From Chromera velia (lineage: Eukaryota): a stretch of 53,943 nucleotides of DNA. The stretch covers positions 1-53,943 of the forward strand of contig JAHBMJ010000210.1 in assembly GCA_018398765.1 (NCBI GenBank). The letters run 5' to 3'. Position numbers and translations under genes: made by a program. The notes below the pieces were generated by a model. It saw only the letters and a list, made by a program, of their open reading frames with translations, ran no database searches and was not told where the DNA came from. Of this stretch, positions 21,870 to 34,300 are shown piece after piece; within the stretch, counting starts at the first letter, position 1, and each line of letters opens with the position of its first letter.

Positions 21870-24800
21870 ATTTTGCTTTCATGATTTCCATCCCTCTTTT
21901 AACTTTTGGTCCCTTCTCAAATTCTCAAATGAGTGCAGGACAGTCGCAGTCTTCTCCATCGGTCCACCACGACTCGTCCGGGTACCCCTGAGCTCATAGA
22001 CGAGTGAGTATTGAACTTTCCCATCTTTTTCTCTTTTTCCTACGACTTCTTTCACATTGTAGTCTGACATCGCACTCCTGTTCGGGTCTTTGTCTTCTTT
22101 TTCAACCATTTGCTTCTTCTGTCTCGTTTTTTTCTTTTTAGTCTCGAGAGAATGCTTGAACGGCAACACGCTTTCACTTTGTGTGGAAGCCGAGCTTTGC
22201 TGTTCGATTACTTGCCAGTAGATGGCTTCGAGAACGATTCTCGCAGAGTCATGGTTTGTGAGTGTGTCTTGTTTATTTCCAACAAGTTCTCTTCTTTCTA
22301 CTTTCCAGTCTCCCTTTCTGTCTCGAGCTTTCCTTACAAGTGCTCCTTCCAAGAAATGCAATGTGAAGTGCTGTTCTCCTTTGACTGTCCTGATGTTTTC
22401 TATTCTCACCTTGATTCGTTCTTTTACCTGCAACTCTCTTGCTGAGTGATAGTAAAAGAGAATGGTCTCTTCTTCCCTCAACGGCTTCCTGTCGGGAAAG
22501 AAATCGAATCCCTTTTCCGGAAGCGGTCGAGTTTCCGTTTCCATTTCCCCATCCTCCTGTTCTTTATTGTCTCCGTCTGCAGGCGATCTCATCTTCTTCT
22601 CTGTGTCTCTTTCTTGTCCTTCTTTTTTCTCAGGTTGGTCGTTCTGTTCTTCTTTCCTCACATGTGTATTGAAAATCTCTTCATTTTCCTTGTAATCTCT
22701 GCTGAAGTACGGTTTCACTCTATGTCTGTTTACCGTTTGGCTTGATTGGCTTCCCGGCTTTTTGATGACCAGAGTGTGATTCGGTCTCACTTGCGTGATC
22801 ATGTATGGCCCCTCATACAATGGTGCGAGTGCTTTGCTGATTCCTTTTTGAGTAGGCGGCTTTTCCAGCCATACGTACATGCCTTCTTTATATTCCAGTA
22901 CTTTCTTTGGATTGATGCAAAGCAGTTTGAGCATTGTCTGCTGTGCTGCTGTCTCAAAAAGTTCTCTTCTATCTTTTGATTCATTCCGCAGCTCAGCGAG
23001 AAGCTCAACATACTCGGGTGGGAAGACAGGTCCTCCTGCTTCTGTTAGTGAAACAAGGTAACGTAGGGGGTGGTTTGGCTGTCGTTGAAAGAGATAAAAG
23101 AACGGAGAAACTCCTGTACTTGTGTGTACTGCAGAATTGTGAGCAAAGGCAGTAAAAGGAAGGAAGTCTGTCCAGTTCTTTTAGTTTTTGTCAATGTAGC
23201 AAGAGAGCACAAACTTCATGTCTTTGTGGAAGTGCTCAAGTCTTCCGTTAGTCTGAAGGTGATAGCTTGTTGTCTTTACTTTGTCGGTCCCGACTGAATG
23301 ACATACTGCCTGCATGATCTGTGCGAGCATATTACTTCCCTGATCGGAAAGAAGCCTGATTGGCCTCCCATATCTGCAGAGAATGGTGCGGACTAAACTT
23401 TGGGCAATCGTCGATGCCTTGGCGTCTGGAACGGTATCCATCTCAACCCATCTGCTGGTGAGGTCCATGTATGTGATCGCATATCGCATGCCATCTTTAC
23501 TGCGAGTGAATAGTCCCGTGACGTCGATTGCCCACGACGAGAGCGGTTCGACGTCCGAAAAATTTTGGACCATGAATCATTCTTGCTGTTTTCTTCTCTT
23601 CTTCTCTTGACATTTTCGGCATGATTTGATATGCTTTTTGATGTCTGTGATCATGGATGACCAGAAAAAATAGTGAGAGATGTTTTGAATGCATCGGTTA
23701 ATACTTGGGTGCCCTTGGAGTTTGTATTCATGAAATTCAGTAAGGACTTTCTCCTTCATTCCTTTTGGTACTACCAATAAAAATCTTGTTCCTTTTTCGT
23801 ATCTGTTCACAGGAGGAAGTAAACAGAAAAGCATGTCCTCGTACAATACATAGAGAGGCGATTGGCCGAGAATGCGTGTTCTCTCTTGACTAGTCAGATT
23901 TGTCTGAAAGTCTCCGTTTTTTAGGAATTCACTCATGTGTCGTGTTTCTGGGTCGTCTTGCTGTGTCTTCTTTATCTCGTCAGGTAAAAACGGATCGGGT
24001 AATTCAATGGCTAGTTTGGCCTGCTCTTTCTTTTTCTCTTCTTCCCCCTTCCCTTTCTGTATTTCTTCTTCTCCTTCTCTTGTCCTTTTCCTTGCTGCAG
24101 CAATTACAAGCAAGTGGTCTGTTTCCTCATCTAGAACTGCAGGAGGGAACTGCTTGTACACGAAAGGAGGTCGGCTGAGGCTATCTGCATCCGTGTTTGA
24201 ACGTCCAGGTTTATGTTTTATATCGTACTCATACATAGACAGAGCGATCGACCAACGATGGAGTCGTGCGTTGGTGTTTTTCTGCTTTTTAATGTACTCC
24301 AACGCTTTGCAATCTGTCCAGGCAGTAAACGGTCGTCCGTACAGGTACTTCTTGAATTGATTTGTGACCATCCAGTAGAACGCAAATCCTTCTTTCTCTG
24401 TTGCTCCCCATTTCTGTTCTGTTTCTGTCAATTTCCGAGAGGTATACTGAATGACTTTTTCCTTCTGATTTTCGTCTAACTGACAGAGGATGCCTGAAAT
24501 TGCCTCTCCACTTGCGTCTGTCTTCAAGATGAAGGGCTTATTCAGGTCTGGGTGTGCTAAAACAGGTCGTGATGAGAGTGCATTCTTTAGTTTTTGCTAC
24601 GCTACTTCTTGTGGTTGTTCCTATGTGAAGATGCTGTCCTTCTTTAGCAGAGCCAGAAGGGGTTTTGCAATGTTTGAGAACCCTTCTATGTATCGTCTAT
24701 AGAAGGAACATATGCCGATAAAGCTCTTTACTTGCTTGATCGTTCTCGGTCGCTCACATTTCTGAATGACCTCTATTCTATCTGCAGATGGTCTTATACC

Positions 24801-27800
24801 CTCGTCAGAAACGTCGTGGCCCAGATAGCAAAGCTTTCTGGTCATGAATCTGCACTTCGAGAAGGCAAGTTTTCCTCCCGCCTCTTTTATTCTCCCCAGC
24901 ACTTTCTCCAGATCAGTCATGGCCTTCGAGAAGGAGTCCGACGCCAGCATGACATCGTCGATGTAACTGGACACGCACACATCTGGCAAGCCCGCAAACA
25001 ATTTGTTGACTGCCTTTTAAAAATAGCCAGGCCCGATACTAATTCCCATAGGTAGGCGAATGAAGCAGTGCTGACCAAATTCTGTCATGAAAGCAAGTTT
25101 TTCCTGATCTGCCTCTCTGACAGCCAACTGAAAGAAGCCACTCTGATAGTCCAACAGACTGAAAAATGATTTCCCTTGTAGTCTATGCAGCATTTCATCC
25201 ATATTTGGGATTGGATATCGATCGACTTTCAGCACAGAATTCAGACGACGCAGGTCAATGCATACTCGATAGCCGTCTCCTTTTAGTTTTTTTACGATCA
25301 AAATTGAGTGCCTCCATTCCGATGAACATGGCTTGATCACTCCTTGTTTTTGCAGGCGTTCAAGGTACTCCTTCAAGACTCCCTTCAAGGCGTATGGAAC
25401 AGGTTGGGGTCTACTGTAGATCGGTTCTGCTCCCTGTGTATCAATCTTGTACTCCGTTCCTTTCCACAGTCCTGGATCATCCTCATGCGGAACAAGACAC
25501 GTGAAACGAAGAAGAAGGGATCTCAGTTGTTCTTTTTCTGATAGAAATAAGTGAAACGCATTTTTGAGTGCTTTTTCTATCTCCTTTCTCACCTCTGTTT
25601 CTCTTTTCTCTCTATTTTAACCCTTACTGTCTGATTGTGATTGATCAGACAGGTTGGGTGTGGGCTGTTTTGGCACTTGCGGTTCTTTTCTTTTCTTTGG
25701 TTCTTCGAGCATCACCGAGGCGACGTTCAAGTTAATTGGAAGAGTGAAGGCTCGTTTGGTGGTATTGATTGCTATTAGTGAGATCTTTCTATTTTCTACT
25801 GTGCTTGTGGTATTGGCAAAAATGATCTCATGAGGCTTGTTTCTGCAGATTGGGTCTACAGTAACCGGTACCCCGTTTGGGATCAACGATCCTTTCGGCA
25901 GTGGAATTTTAAGGTGCGTCACTGTACTCTTTTTGAGAGTTTCTCTTTTCGCTGTACTGACAAGCACGGGTAGCAGCATCTTCTTCTTTTCCATCTCACT
26001 CATTGGTAAAAGAGGAACAGGAGAGGACTTGTTGCTGTGTAGAGGATGCATAAGAAGTCTGTCTGGTCGAAAGAACATTCCGTGCACGTGTAAGTCAAGA
26101 AGCGTTTTCCCAAATATTGCGGCATGCTTGATAGAGGAAGAAATGTAAAATTGAAGCTTTCTGATTCCTTGTAAGTTAAAACAAAGCGAAACTACTCCTT
26201 CATTCTCTAGTTTCTTTCCTCCCTCACCTTCGATTAAGAGAGGGGAAGGAAAGGCTCTAAGGGAAGGGTTTGCCGTTTTCAGCTGTTGCCAGACTTGCGT
26301 ACTGATCATCGATACATCGGCTCCGGAGTCAATCATTGCAGGCACGATCACATTGTGATCAAGGAAAACAAAAAGTCCAACTCTCTGCAAATTTAAGTGG
26401 ATGTGAGCGACTGATTTCCGTGTGTGTTTCTTACATGTATTCTTCTGTTTTTTTTCTCTTTTTTTCCTTTTTCCTGTTCGATCACAAACTCAAGTGCTTT
26501 TTCTTTCTCTTCTTCCTCTTTTTCTTTTTTTCTTCCTCTTTTGTTGTCAGTCCTTGCGTAATCAGTCTTCCTATCTGTGGATGACGATGGGGCCATGTCC
26601 GTGTCAGTCCGCAGTCGCCCCTGTAAGCCTGCAGACCCTTCAGTGTTTTTAACCATTTTATCGATTCGGAAACCCTCCCTGCTGCTGTCTTGCATGCATC
26701 GGAGGATTTCTCGAGCCCATAGGTCTGTTCGGCTGTATGAAGGGTGGTCTTTGGAATTGCTGCCCAGGTTGGTGCTGCCGTGAAGGAAAACCTTGTGGAT
26801 TTCTTTATCCAAGTGCTCTGGTTGTCTGATTTTATGTCGAAAGTCCCTGCCATTCCGTTCTCTGTTGCTGGGGAAAAGGAGGCGGTCTCTGAAGCACTGC
26901 AGGGAAAGGGGACGGTCTTTGAAAGATAGCAGGTGGTCTTTGAAACACTGTGGTTTACGCTGAAGGAAGCGTCCTGTTTCCTCCAAAACCAAAACCCTAG
27001 CGTGCTGAGCCTGTAATTCGATTCTCTCTCCAGTCTCGCTGCAGTGTCCTACATACGGGTTTTGCGTGACCCTTTCTGCCGCAATATCCACATTCGTGAT
27101 CTACAGGAAGAGTGCAGCGGTCACCTGCATAAGGGGCTGCACCTCCACACTGGGTACATGTAGCTTGAGTGGACACTGCCGCTGCTATATCTGCCGCTGT
27201 TTGCGCTGCTGTTTGTGCCACTGTTTGCTGCAGAACTGCGTTAATCAAGGCAGATGTCTGTCCTTCAAAAAGAGGAGCGAGCCCTTCTTCTTGACGGTTG
27301 GTGATTCTGTTTCCTTCGGAATCCATCATTTCTTTATCTCTTCTCTCGATTGTCGTGATCTTCCTTACTTTTTCGGCTTTCTCAGTCGTTCCACTGTTCT
27401 GTGCAATTAGCTCTGCTGCCCCCACTAATTTGTCGAATGATGTGTATTGCTTTTGTGTGAGGATTGACTTTGTGATCTTGTCGGACAGTCCTCTCCGGAA
27501 TTTTTTTATCAGTCTTTCATCCTCGATCGACGAATTTGCTTATCAACAAAGGGAAGTGTACCTGTCTGCGTATTCTTGGATTGTTTCTTCTTCTCTTTAC
27601 TGCAAGTTGTCTAAGCTGGCCTCTGCTCTCTCTACGTGTGGTTCTTTGAGTCCAAACTTCGAGAAGAATGTGTCTTTCAGGTCAGTGATAGTTTAAATTT
27701 TCCTCATTTTTTCGTCGGATATGTTTGTGAACCAATCGAGTGCATTTCCCTTCAGCGACTTTTGGAAATAGAACAGGACTTGGGTGATGTTCCATTGAAA

Positions 27801-29021
27801 AGCAGTGGCATCCATCTCAAAAGCTCTCCAGAAGTTTCGTACGTCTTTTCTTTCTCCTGAATATGCATTGATGTCTGCTTTGATTGGGGGGTTGTAGAAG
27901 TGGTTTGGGGTTGGCAGCAGTGGAGGGGTTGGTAGCAGAGGAGGCAGATCAGCTCTTTGGGTGGAAAAGGGAAGCTGTGAGGGTACCGAAGCCACGCTGT
28001 CTGCTTTCGCTTCCTTTACGGGCAGTTTGTCTGTGTTAAGCACCAACTCGAATTCTCCTTCTTTTGTAGGTTTGAATGTCACTCCCTGTCTTGCTAATTC
28101 TTTCAGGACAGACGGATCCCATTTCTGTACTTGCGCGGGGCCGGCTGACGTCTTCTTCTATGCTTCATCGGTCGGTTGATCTATCATTTCCTCGTCGAGG
28201 TCTTCTTTGTTCTCTTCTCCATTTCTTTTCTCTTCATTATTTTCCTTTCCTTTCTCATTCTCTTGTGTCTCATTTTCTTCCATTTTTTCGTCTTGGCTCT
28301 CCACCTCCTTTTCTGTTTCCTTTTTCTTGTTGTTCCGATTTTTGTTATAATTGGAGGATTTGCCCTTTTCCTTCTTTTTCGATGGCTCTTTAATTATTTT
28401 CTTGGATTTTTCCATATGCTGAAGAAACTCGTCCATTTCAAGGAATTCGTCAGCGTTGTTTTTCTTCTTGTTCTTTTCTAGTGCTTTTTGTCGGGCTGTC
28501 AGTTTTTTCTTGGCCTGAGGCTTTGGAGCTATATTTGGTTCTCTTTCCCCTTTTTTTTTTCGACAGAAAAGCCTTCAGTCTACCCAAATGTAGCGAGTGG
28601 GGGAAGGAATGTATATAGGGAGAAGTTGGCGGTTACTGTCGATAAATCTCAGCTGACGTGTGACGTCAAGATTCAGTGCCTTGATGACTTCGTCTGACTG
28701 GCGATTATGAGCGACGACTATGTATGAATACTGATCTAAAAGGAAGATTCTCAGATTTTGTTGGTCCTCAATGAATTCTGTGTTTCTCTGCAAAATTTCG
28801 TTCACGATGAGTCTCGCTCGTTCTTCCTTTTCCGTTGTGTGCAATTCTGGAAGTTCTCCAGGCAAAATTGCTCGAAGGATCTTTCTCGTTCTGGCTGTGA
28901 TTTCTTCGGGGTTTGCCTGGTCAGTTGTTCTTTTTCGCGTCAGATGGGTTTGAGGGATTATTTTTGTATTTCAGTTAGATAGAGTTTTCTGTTTTGCTGC
29001 TGATTTCTGTTAAAATCTCAT
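21870..29021 (-). pseudogene. gag-pol polyprotein with C-terminal chromodomain, many in-frame stops
   Basis: ATG at 29021. Gag motif LQ*REEETIQEY; CCHC knuckle CGYCGRKGHAKPVC; protease MIDSGA; RT YRVCIDLRRLN, LDYQSGFFQ, YIDD; RNase H KTDASG, TEKEGFA; integrase H..GH..C..C, IDVTG, LSDQG, NGRLE; GPY module; chromodomain YNVKEVVGKREKDGKVQY + (frameshift) GYPDESWWTDGEDCDCPALI*EF. The gag/pol linker (~26400-26660) frame is unresolved. Confidence 0.96.
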
Positions 29022-29479
29022 GATATAAGTAAAGGAAGTTAAAAATTATGAACTTACAGAGAGAAAAAACGACTTGATAAAGTGAGAGAGGTACGGTTCC
29101 GTTGAAGAGCGAAAAGAGAAGGGAGAATCCGAATTTGAAGAAAGACAGAAGGGTTTGTTTAGCTGTGAAGGAAAGATTTGTGCAACAGAGTGAAATTCCA
29201 AACTTGCTGAGGGGAAAGATGGCTTAATTTGCAGAAAGATCTCCTTCGCAAAAGGAAAGAAAGAGAAGCAATCCAAATTCGAATGAAGAAAGAGTTACTT
29301 GTATTTGTCTCGTATGTGCAGGTAGACTGCTCGTATACACAAAGACGGCAAGCGAAAAAAGTAAGTCACACAGGGATGGAAGTAGTCGAATTTTCTTTTT
29401 GCTTAGCAGGAAAGTCCAAGTCACAAAACGTACGAACGCTTCGTAATGTGTTTTGCCTTTCGCAGAAGGATAAAATAAG

Positions 29480-29686
29480 TCAAATTTACCGTCAGGTAGA
29501 ATGCGTGAAATTCATAAAAAGAGCAGGGCTTTGCCGTTTATAGAGAAACGAAGAGGGGTCAAATTCACTGTTAGGTAGAATGCGTGAAATTCGCAAAAAG
29601 AGCAGGGCTTCGCCGTTCACAGAGAAATGAAGAGAAGCCAAATTCACTGTCAGGTAGAATGTGTGAAATTTGTAAAAAGGGCAGGA
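29480..29686. repeat. 79-bp tandem repeat (~2.6 copies) in the gypsy 5' leader
   Basis: caaatt(t/c)ac(c/t)gt(c/t)aggtagaatg(c/t)gtgaaatt... repeated three times; a second 37-bp pair at ~29699 and ~29777. Confidence 0.9.
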
Positions 29687-30059
29687 AAAGGCGGTACAGT
29701 CAGAAATTTCAGCAGCGCTTCGCGGTGTGGTCCTGTCTGATGTTGATTTATGGTAGAGGACAGAAAGTGGGGTTCCGTCAGAAATTCCAGTAGCGCTTCG
29801 CGATGTGGCCCTGCTTCTTCTCCTTGCAGGTACAGGATACCAAAGGGACGGCCAAGTCGAGGGCGTACAAATTGAAGTTTGAGTTGATGGCTCGCAGGTG
29901 TGGGCTCCTGTAGTATGCGTGTAGATGATCACAGCGTTCTGGTTTCCTCTGGGTGAACCTTCTCTGGGCGAAGAAGGTGGTCTGCGTTGCTTACAGAATA
30001 GTTGTTGTTCGGCAGAGAAGGTTGGTCTCCATTCACTCAACTCTTTGATCTTGTTGATC

Positions 30060-30077
30060 TCGAGCTAGGCGTCACCA
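30060..30077 (-). promoter_or_regulatory. Primer-binding site (PBS)
   Basis: Minus strand TGGTGACGCCTAGCTCGA starts 2 nt after the 5' LTR; complementary to a tRNA 3' end ...GGCGUCACCA (isotype not determined). Confidence 0.85.
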
Positions 30078-30079
30078 CG

Positions 30080-30542
30080 TGTTAAGGTCTACTTAGAGGG
30101 GTTGGCGCTAGTGAGTGCTTGCAGAGGTTCAGGGGTCTTCAGGGCTTGATGTCGCTGGAGCGGTTCAAGTTGATCCCTAGTGACAGACTCGATCGATGTC
30201 AGGAGCATGGAGCTTTCTTGCGATTCAGCGATCGATCTGATTTCATAGTAGTCTTCTAGAAAGTCTTTCGAAAGTCTTTCATGTGATTTCGATCGAAATG
30301 CGACAGGCCAAAATCTGTATAGTACAGGACGTTAACGTCCCGTCTCTTTTCTTGTTGATCCTTAAAAAGGTAGGTAGCGAGGATTGAACCTATGATCTTC
30401 TGTTTGTTAATGTTGTATGTTAACCACTAAGTCATGAACGTAAGCGACACACACCATTCTCTTTTGCTTAGCACTATTTTCGATTAAGTCAATTTATTTA
30501 ATTCTCATTTTTTTTCTAGTCACGCTTTGATAGCGCATAGCA
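30080..30542 (-). repeat. 5' LTR
   Basis: Direct repeat of 9156-9618, TG...CA, followed by TSD ATAT. Confidence 0.97.
30364..30441 (-). pseudogene. Decayed tRNA-Val(AAC)-derived Pol III cassette inside 5' LTR
   Basis: Same A-box/AAC/B-box/T5 arrangement as 9440-9517. Confidence 0.7.
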
Positions 30543-31355
30543 ATATAACTAGTGGTATAATTTGTAAGATCATTTAGTGCATAGTTTACATCAGTGACGT
30601 CACAATGACGTGCATAGTATAGTCATTAAATTAGTTATTGAAGTAATTCGTTTATCCATTGATGTAAGTTTTTAAAACTATATGAACTGCACTTCATCAT
30701 TCATAGTCTCCATTCCTGCAGAGTCTCACGGTTTTCTCACGTCAGTTCTCTTCCCTAAGCGTCTTCAACATTCTTTCAGCACTGCATGTGCAGATAGACG
30801 TACAGGGATCATGGATCCTTCCTCGATCGGGGGAAACTTGTCTCAGCTTCTTTTCTTTCCCTCGACCTCTGGACGATCCAAATTTCTTTTCTGCCAAGCA
30901 ATGGATGATGCAGTCTTCTGGTCGCGCGGCTGTCCACCCGAGGAAAGACGCCTGTTTGAGGGATTAAGAAAGATCGAGACAACTGGGTGGGCATTTTCTT
31001 TACAGTCAACACTCCACTTCATTGATTTATTCACTCATGGCATGGGAGAATTACTGCACGTTCAGGTGCACTGCAGGGGGTCGACAAGGCCGCTCGAAGT
31101 GCATCTCACACACACGCAATGCACACAAGATTGAGTAGAAGAAAACTTAAAAAAGACGAGATACCTCAAATTAATGACATGGACATGTGCACAACACCGG
31201 AATTTCATCATACAGACGCGACACGTGTCACGCCATACATTCATCCACTCATTCTCTCACACTGCCAGAAAATGAACGATAAGTTAAGAAACGATCATAG
31301 GACAGACTGCGATCACAAAAGGAAAGAAAATTCGACACGCTCATGCATGGAGGTG

Positions 31356-34300
31356 TCACGACGTTCCGACCGTCTCACGGCTGCCCTCTCTTTCTCTCTC
31401 CTCCTGTTGCACCCCTTCCTCTTGCATTTCTTCCTCCTCTTCTGCCTCTGTCTCTTCGCTCACTCTCTCCGAAACCGAAGAAGCAGCGCGGTTCTTCGCC
31501 TCTTCTTCGCTCTCATCCTCTCCCTCCTCTAACCCGGCGGAAGGAATTTCAAGACCCGTAGAGGGAGGGAGAGACATAACGGGCTCTCCTAGTTTTTCTC
31601 TCAGAACGTTTGCGCCTCGCTGCACGCACCGGTGGTTCTCCAACCGGAACAACAGCGCAAGTTGCCGTCTCCTGAAGGCTCTCTGGAAGGCATTGCGCTG
31701 TTGGAGCCACTCCTTGGAGGGGGCGGCGGGGACACCGTCAGAGTCCACTGCCAAAGGGGGAGGGGGTGTGGCGTCGGGCTGAGGGTCTGCTCTGGGCGAG
31801 TTGATAACCTTCCACAATTCCTCGGGAGATTCCTTGAAGGGCAAAAGTTCGACTGCAGAAGTGGNNNNNNNNNNNNNNNNNNNNNNNNNNNNNNNNGGGG
31901 GGGGGCAGAAAGAGGAACGAGTTGAGGGGTGGTTCGAGTGGAGGAGGGATGAGAAGGGGAAAGACAGACGCAAACAGGCAGATATGCACACACACACACA
32001 CACACACACACGGACGGACGGACGGACGGACGGACGGAAGGAAGGAGGGGCAGGATAGACAGAATCTCTTCCTGGATTGGAACACAATACAACGAGCGCA
32101 ATCGACGAAGAGAAGAGAAGGCCCCTTGAATGAAGAATGCCGTCCCATCACTGCACTTACCTGCACGGAGAAGTAGCCTCATTGCAAGGGCCTCGTTTTC
32201 CTCCGAGAGTTCGTCCGAACATCTCTGCAAATAAGGGGAGGGAAGGAAGGAAGAAGGATACCAACCTCTGCTGTCATCAAAGAGTTGAGGGAGAATTCGA
32301 ATGCCCTTTTTTTAGAGAAAAGCAGGCAGGGAGGAATTTCGCTTCAGGGCATTGGAAGAGAAGAAGGCATTGAAAAGAAAAGAAGGCGAGTATCTGCCTC
32401 TATGCACATCTGGAGAGCCAAGAGTGGCATCGAAAACGTCGAGAGAGAGGGAGCGAGAGGGTGGGGGGAAGGGACGGGAAGCAGAAAGGGGGCGAGAGAA
32501 CTTATAGACACGAACACAGAATCCATCCTGACACAAAAATGAAAAGAAACACAGAGAGGGCGGACAGAACCAGAGGATAAAGGGATCTTCAAATGCAAGA
32601 CGCAAGAAAGAAACTCACGCTCAAAGGCAGAGATGCCCATTCCTTCTTCCCCCCTCCAGCCGCAAGGAAACGGGCCGCCGTCAGGGCCTCGACGGAAGGT
32701 CCTGTGGGGGTCATGACCACCTGCGTGCGTCAATGTATGCATCCATGCAGATCTTTTTTTTGAAGACTCGAGGAAAGGAAGGGCACCAACGGTACACAAG
32801 AAAGACTTAGATACACATGCAAACTTTGGGGTTTGGATTCCGTTGTGCGTTCGTTTAGAGGCGCAAACACGTAAGCACCTGCTCTACACGTCGCCAGCAA
32901 GCCCTCCTAGTTTGAAGGAAACAAAAGAGAACGGAGGAAGCGATGCGCACGGCTTCTTTCAAAAGAAACCACGATGTTTTCTTTTCAAACAACCCTAAAT
33001 TTACCCCTCCCTTCAGTGACTGCAAGCAGTACTGACCTTATTTGCCATGGCAGGATCTGCACGGACGATCGCTGCCCTCTTCAACAGATCCGCAGCGCTC
33101 AGATCCCCGGCAGCAGAGGCAGAGACCAGCTTTTGTGCGGCCGTCTCTGCGTCTCCCTCTCCTGCTTTCGTGCTCGGAAGGAGGGCGTCTGTCAGAGAGA
33201 CTCTCTCATTCGGGTTGTTCGACTCCACAAAACCCCAACGCCGCAAGAGCTCGGAGCTCGAGTGATCGCCGTAACTGAGGACAGTTGAAGGGGGAGGGGG
33301 CACAGAGTGAGGAGAACGCGGATGGGAGCAGGAAGGACGAAGAATGCTGGCAAGAGGCACCCATCCCAAAGGCTTGAGGGTTTTCGCTTGCTTTTGTGCT
33401 TGACGGTTTTCGAATGAAAACAAGCGAAATCGACTGACAAATAATAAAAGCATCAGTACTTAGTTCCTCCGCAGAAGGCCCAGTCGAACCTCCCATCGGA
33501 TCGAAAGTCCCCTTTTTTCTCTTCCGGCGCCCTCAAAATCTGTTTCTTTTTTTTCGTTCGTGTCTCCTCACCTCAACCACGCTTCATTGCCTGCCCTCTT
33601 TCCTTTCTGCTTCTTCTGCTTCTGCTTCTTCTTCTTCTTCTTCTTCTTTCCTAGCTGTTCTGTTTGTTGGGGAAGCAAACGAGAGGACTGATGGAAATGC
33701 TGACTTAAGGGCTGACCAATCGACTGTGAACAAGAATATCTCCGTTTCTTCCTCTCCCCGCTTCGTAAATCAACGCAGTTGCATTGCTGACTGGCTGACT
33801 TACTCACTCACTCGCACTCTCACTGAGAGGCTGACTGACTGAGGAAGATTTGCTTTTCTTTTCATGCAGATTTCTTAAATGCTGACTGACTTGAGGAAGA
33901 TTTGCTGTCCCGCTCCAACAGGCTCTGTTGTTTCGACGTAATACATTTTTCTCAAGGGCTCGAAGCGGACCGTGGCCTGCAGCTCACGCAGAGTGGGAGG
34001 AGCGAGATGGATGGATGGACTATCAGGGGGTTTTCTGTTTTCTTTCTCTTCACATTTCTTTCGAGAGAGAGAGTGCCACCCTTGCACACAGAGAGACTGA
34101 AAGATGGCGATATCAAAAGAAGCTTTGCCAAGAAGAGAAGGGATGATAAAATGAAGCACTAGATACATCAACAGGAAGAGGAAGAAAGCCGAAGCCGTAG
34201 GCACTCACTTGTTCACTCTCTATCATTCTCTCTCCCCCGCTCTCGGGCAGAGATCAGCAGCCTCACCGTTGTGTTTCCGTTGTGGTTCAAAAAGTCCGCG

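Larger units (their letters stand above)
9156..30542 (-). mobile_element. Full-length Ty3/gypsy LTR retrotransposon (chromovirus-type), inactivated, ~13 kb without the nested LINE
   Basis: 463-bp TG...CA direct repeats at both ends; 4-bp TSD ATAT (9152-9155, 30543-30546); PBS next to the right LTR and PPT next to the left LTR; domain order gag-PR-RT-RH-IN-chromo on the minus strand. Confidence 0.97.

Noticed and set aside
21939..22007. Downstream plus-strand exon (gagtgcag|GACAGT...) for the antisense gene
   Set aside because: The sequence is fully explained as the minus-strand chromodomain; there is no independent support.
26640..26660. Programmed -1 frameshift site GGTTAAAAAC at the gag/pol junction
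   Set aside because: The heptamer is not phased X XXY YYZ in the apparent gag frame, and the region has several stops and A-runs; it cannot be resolved from one mutated copy.
21870..29021. Alternative genetic code (TAA/TAG = Gln) or readthrough to explain in-frame stops
   Set aside because: TAG also replaces conserved Trp, TGA stops occur too, the host carbonic anhydrase gene ends in TAA, and the LTR pair shows the same transition bias; mutation explains it better.
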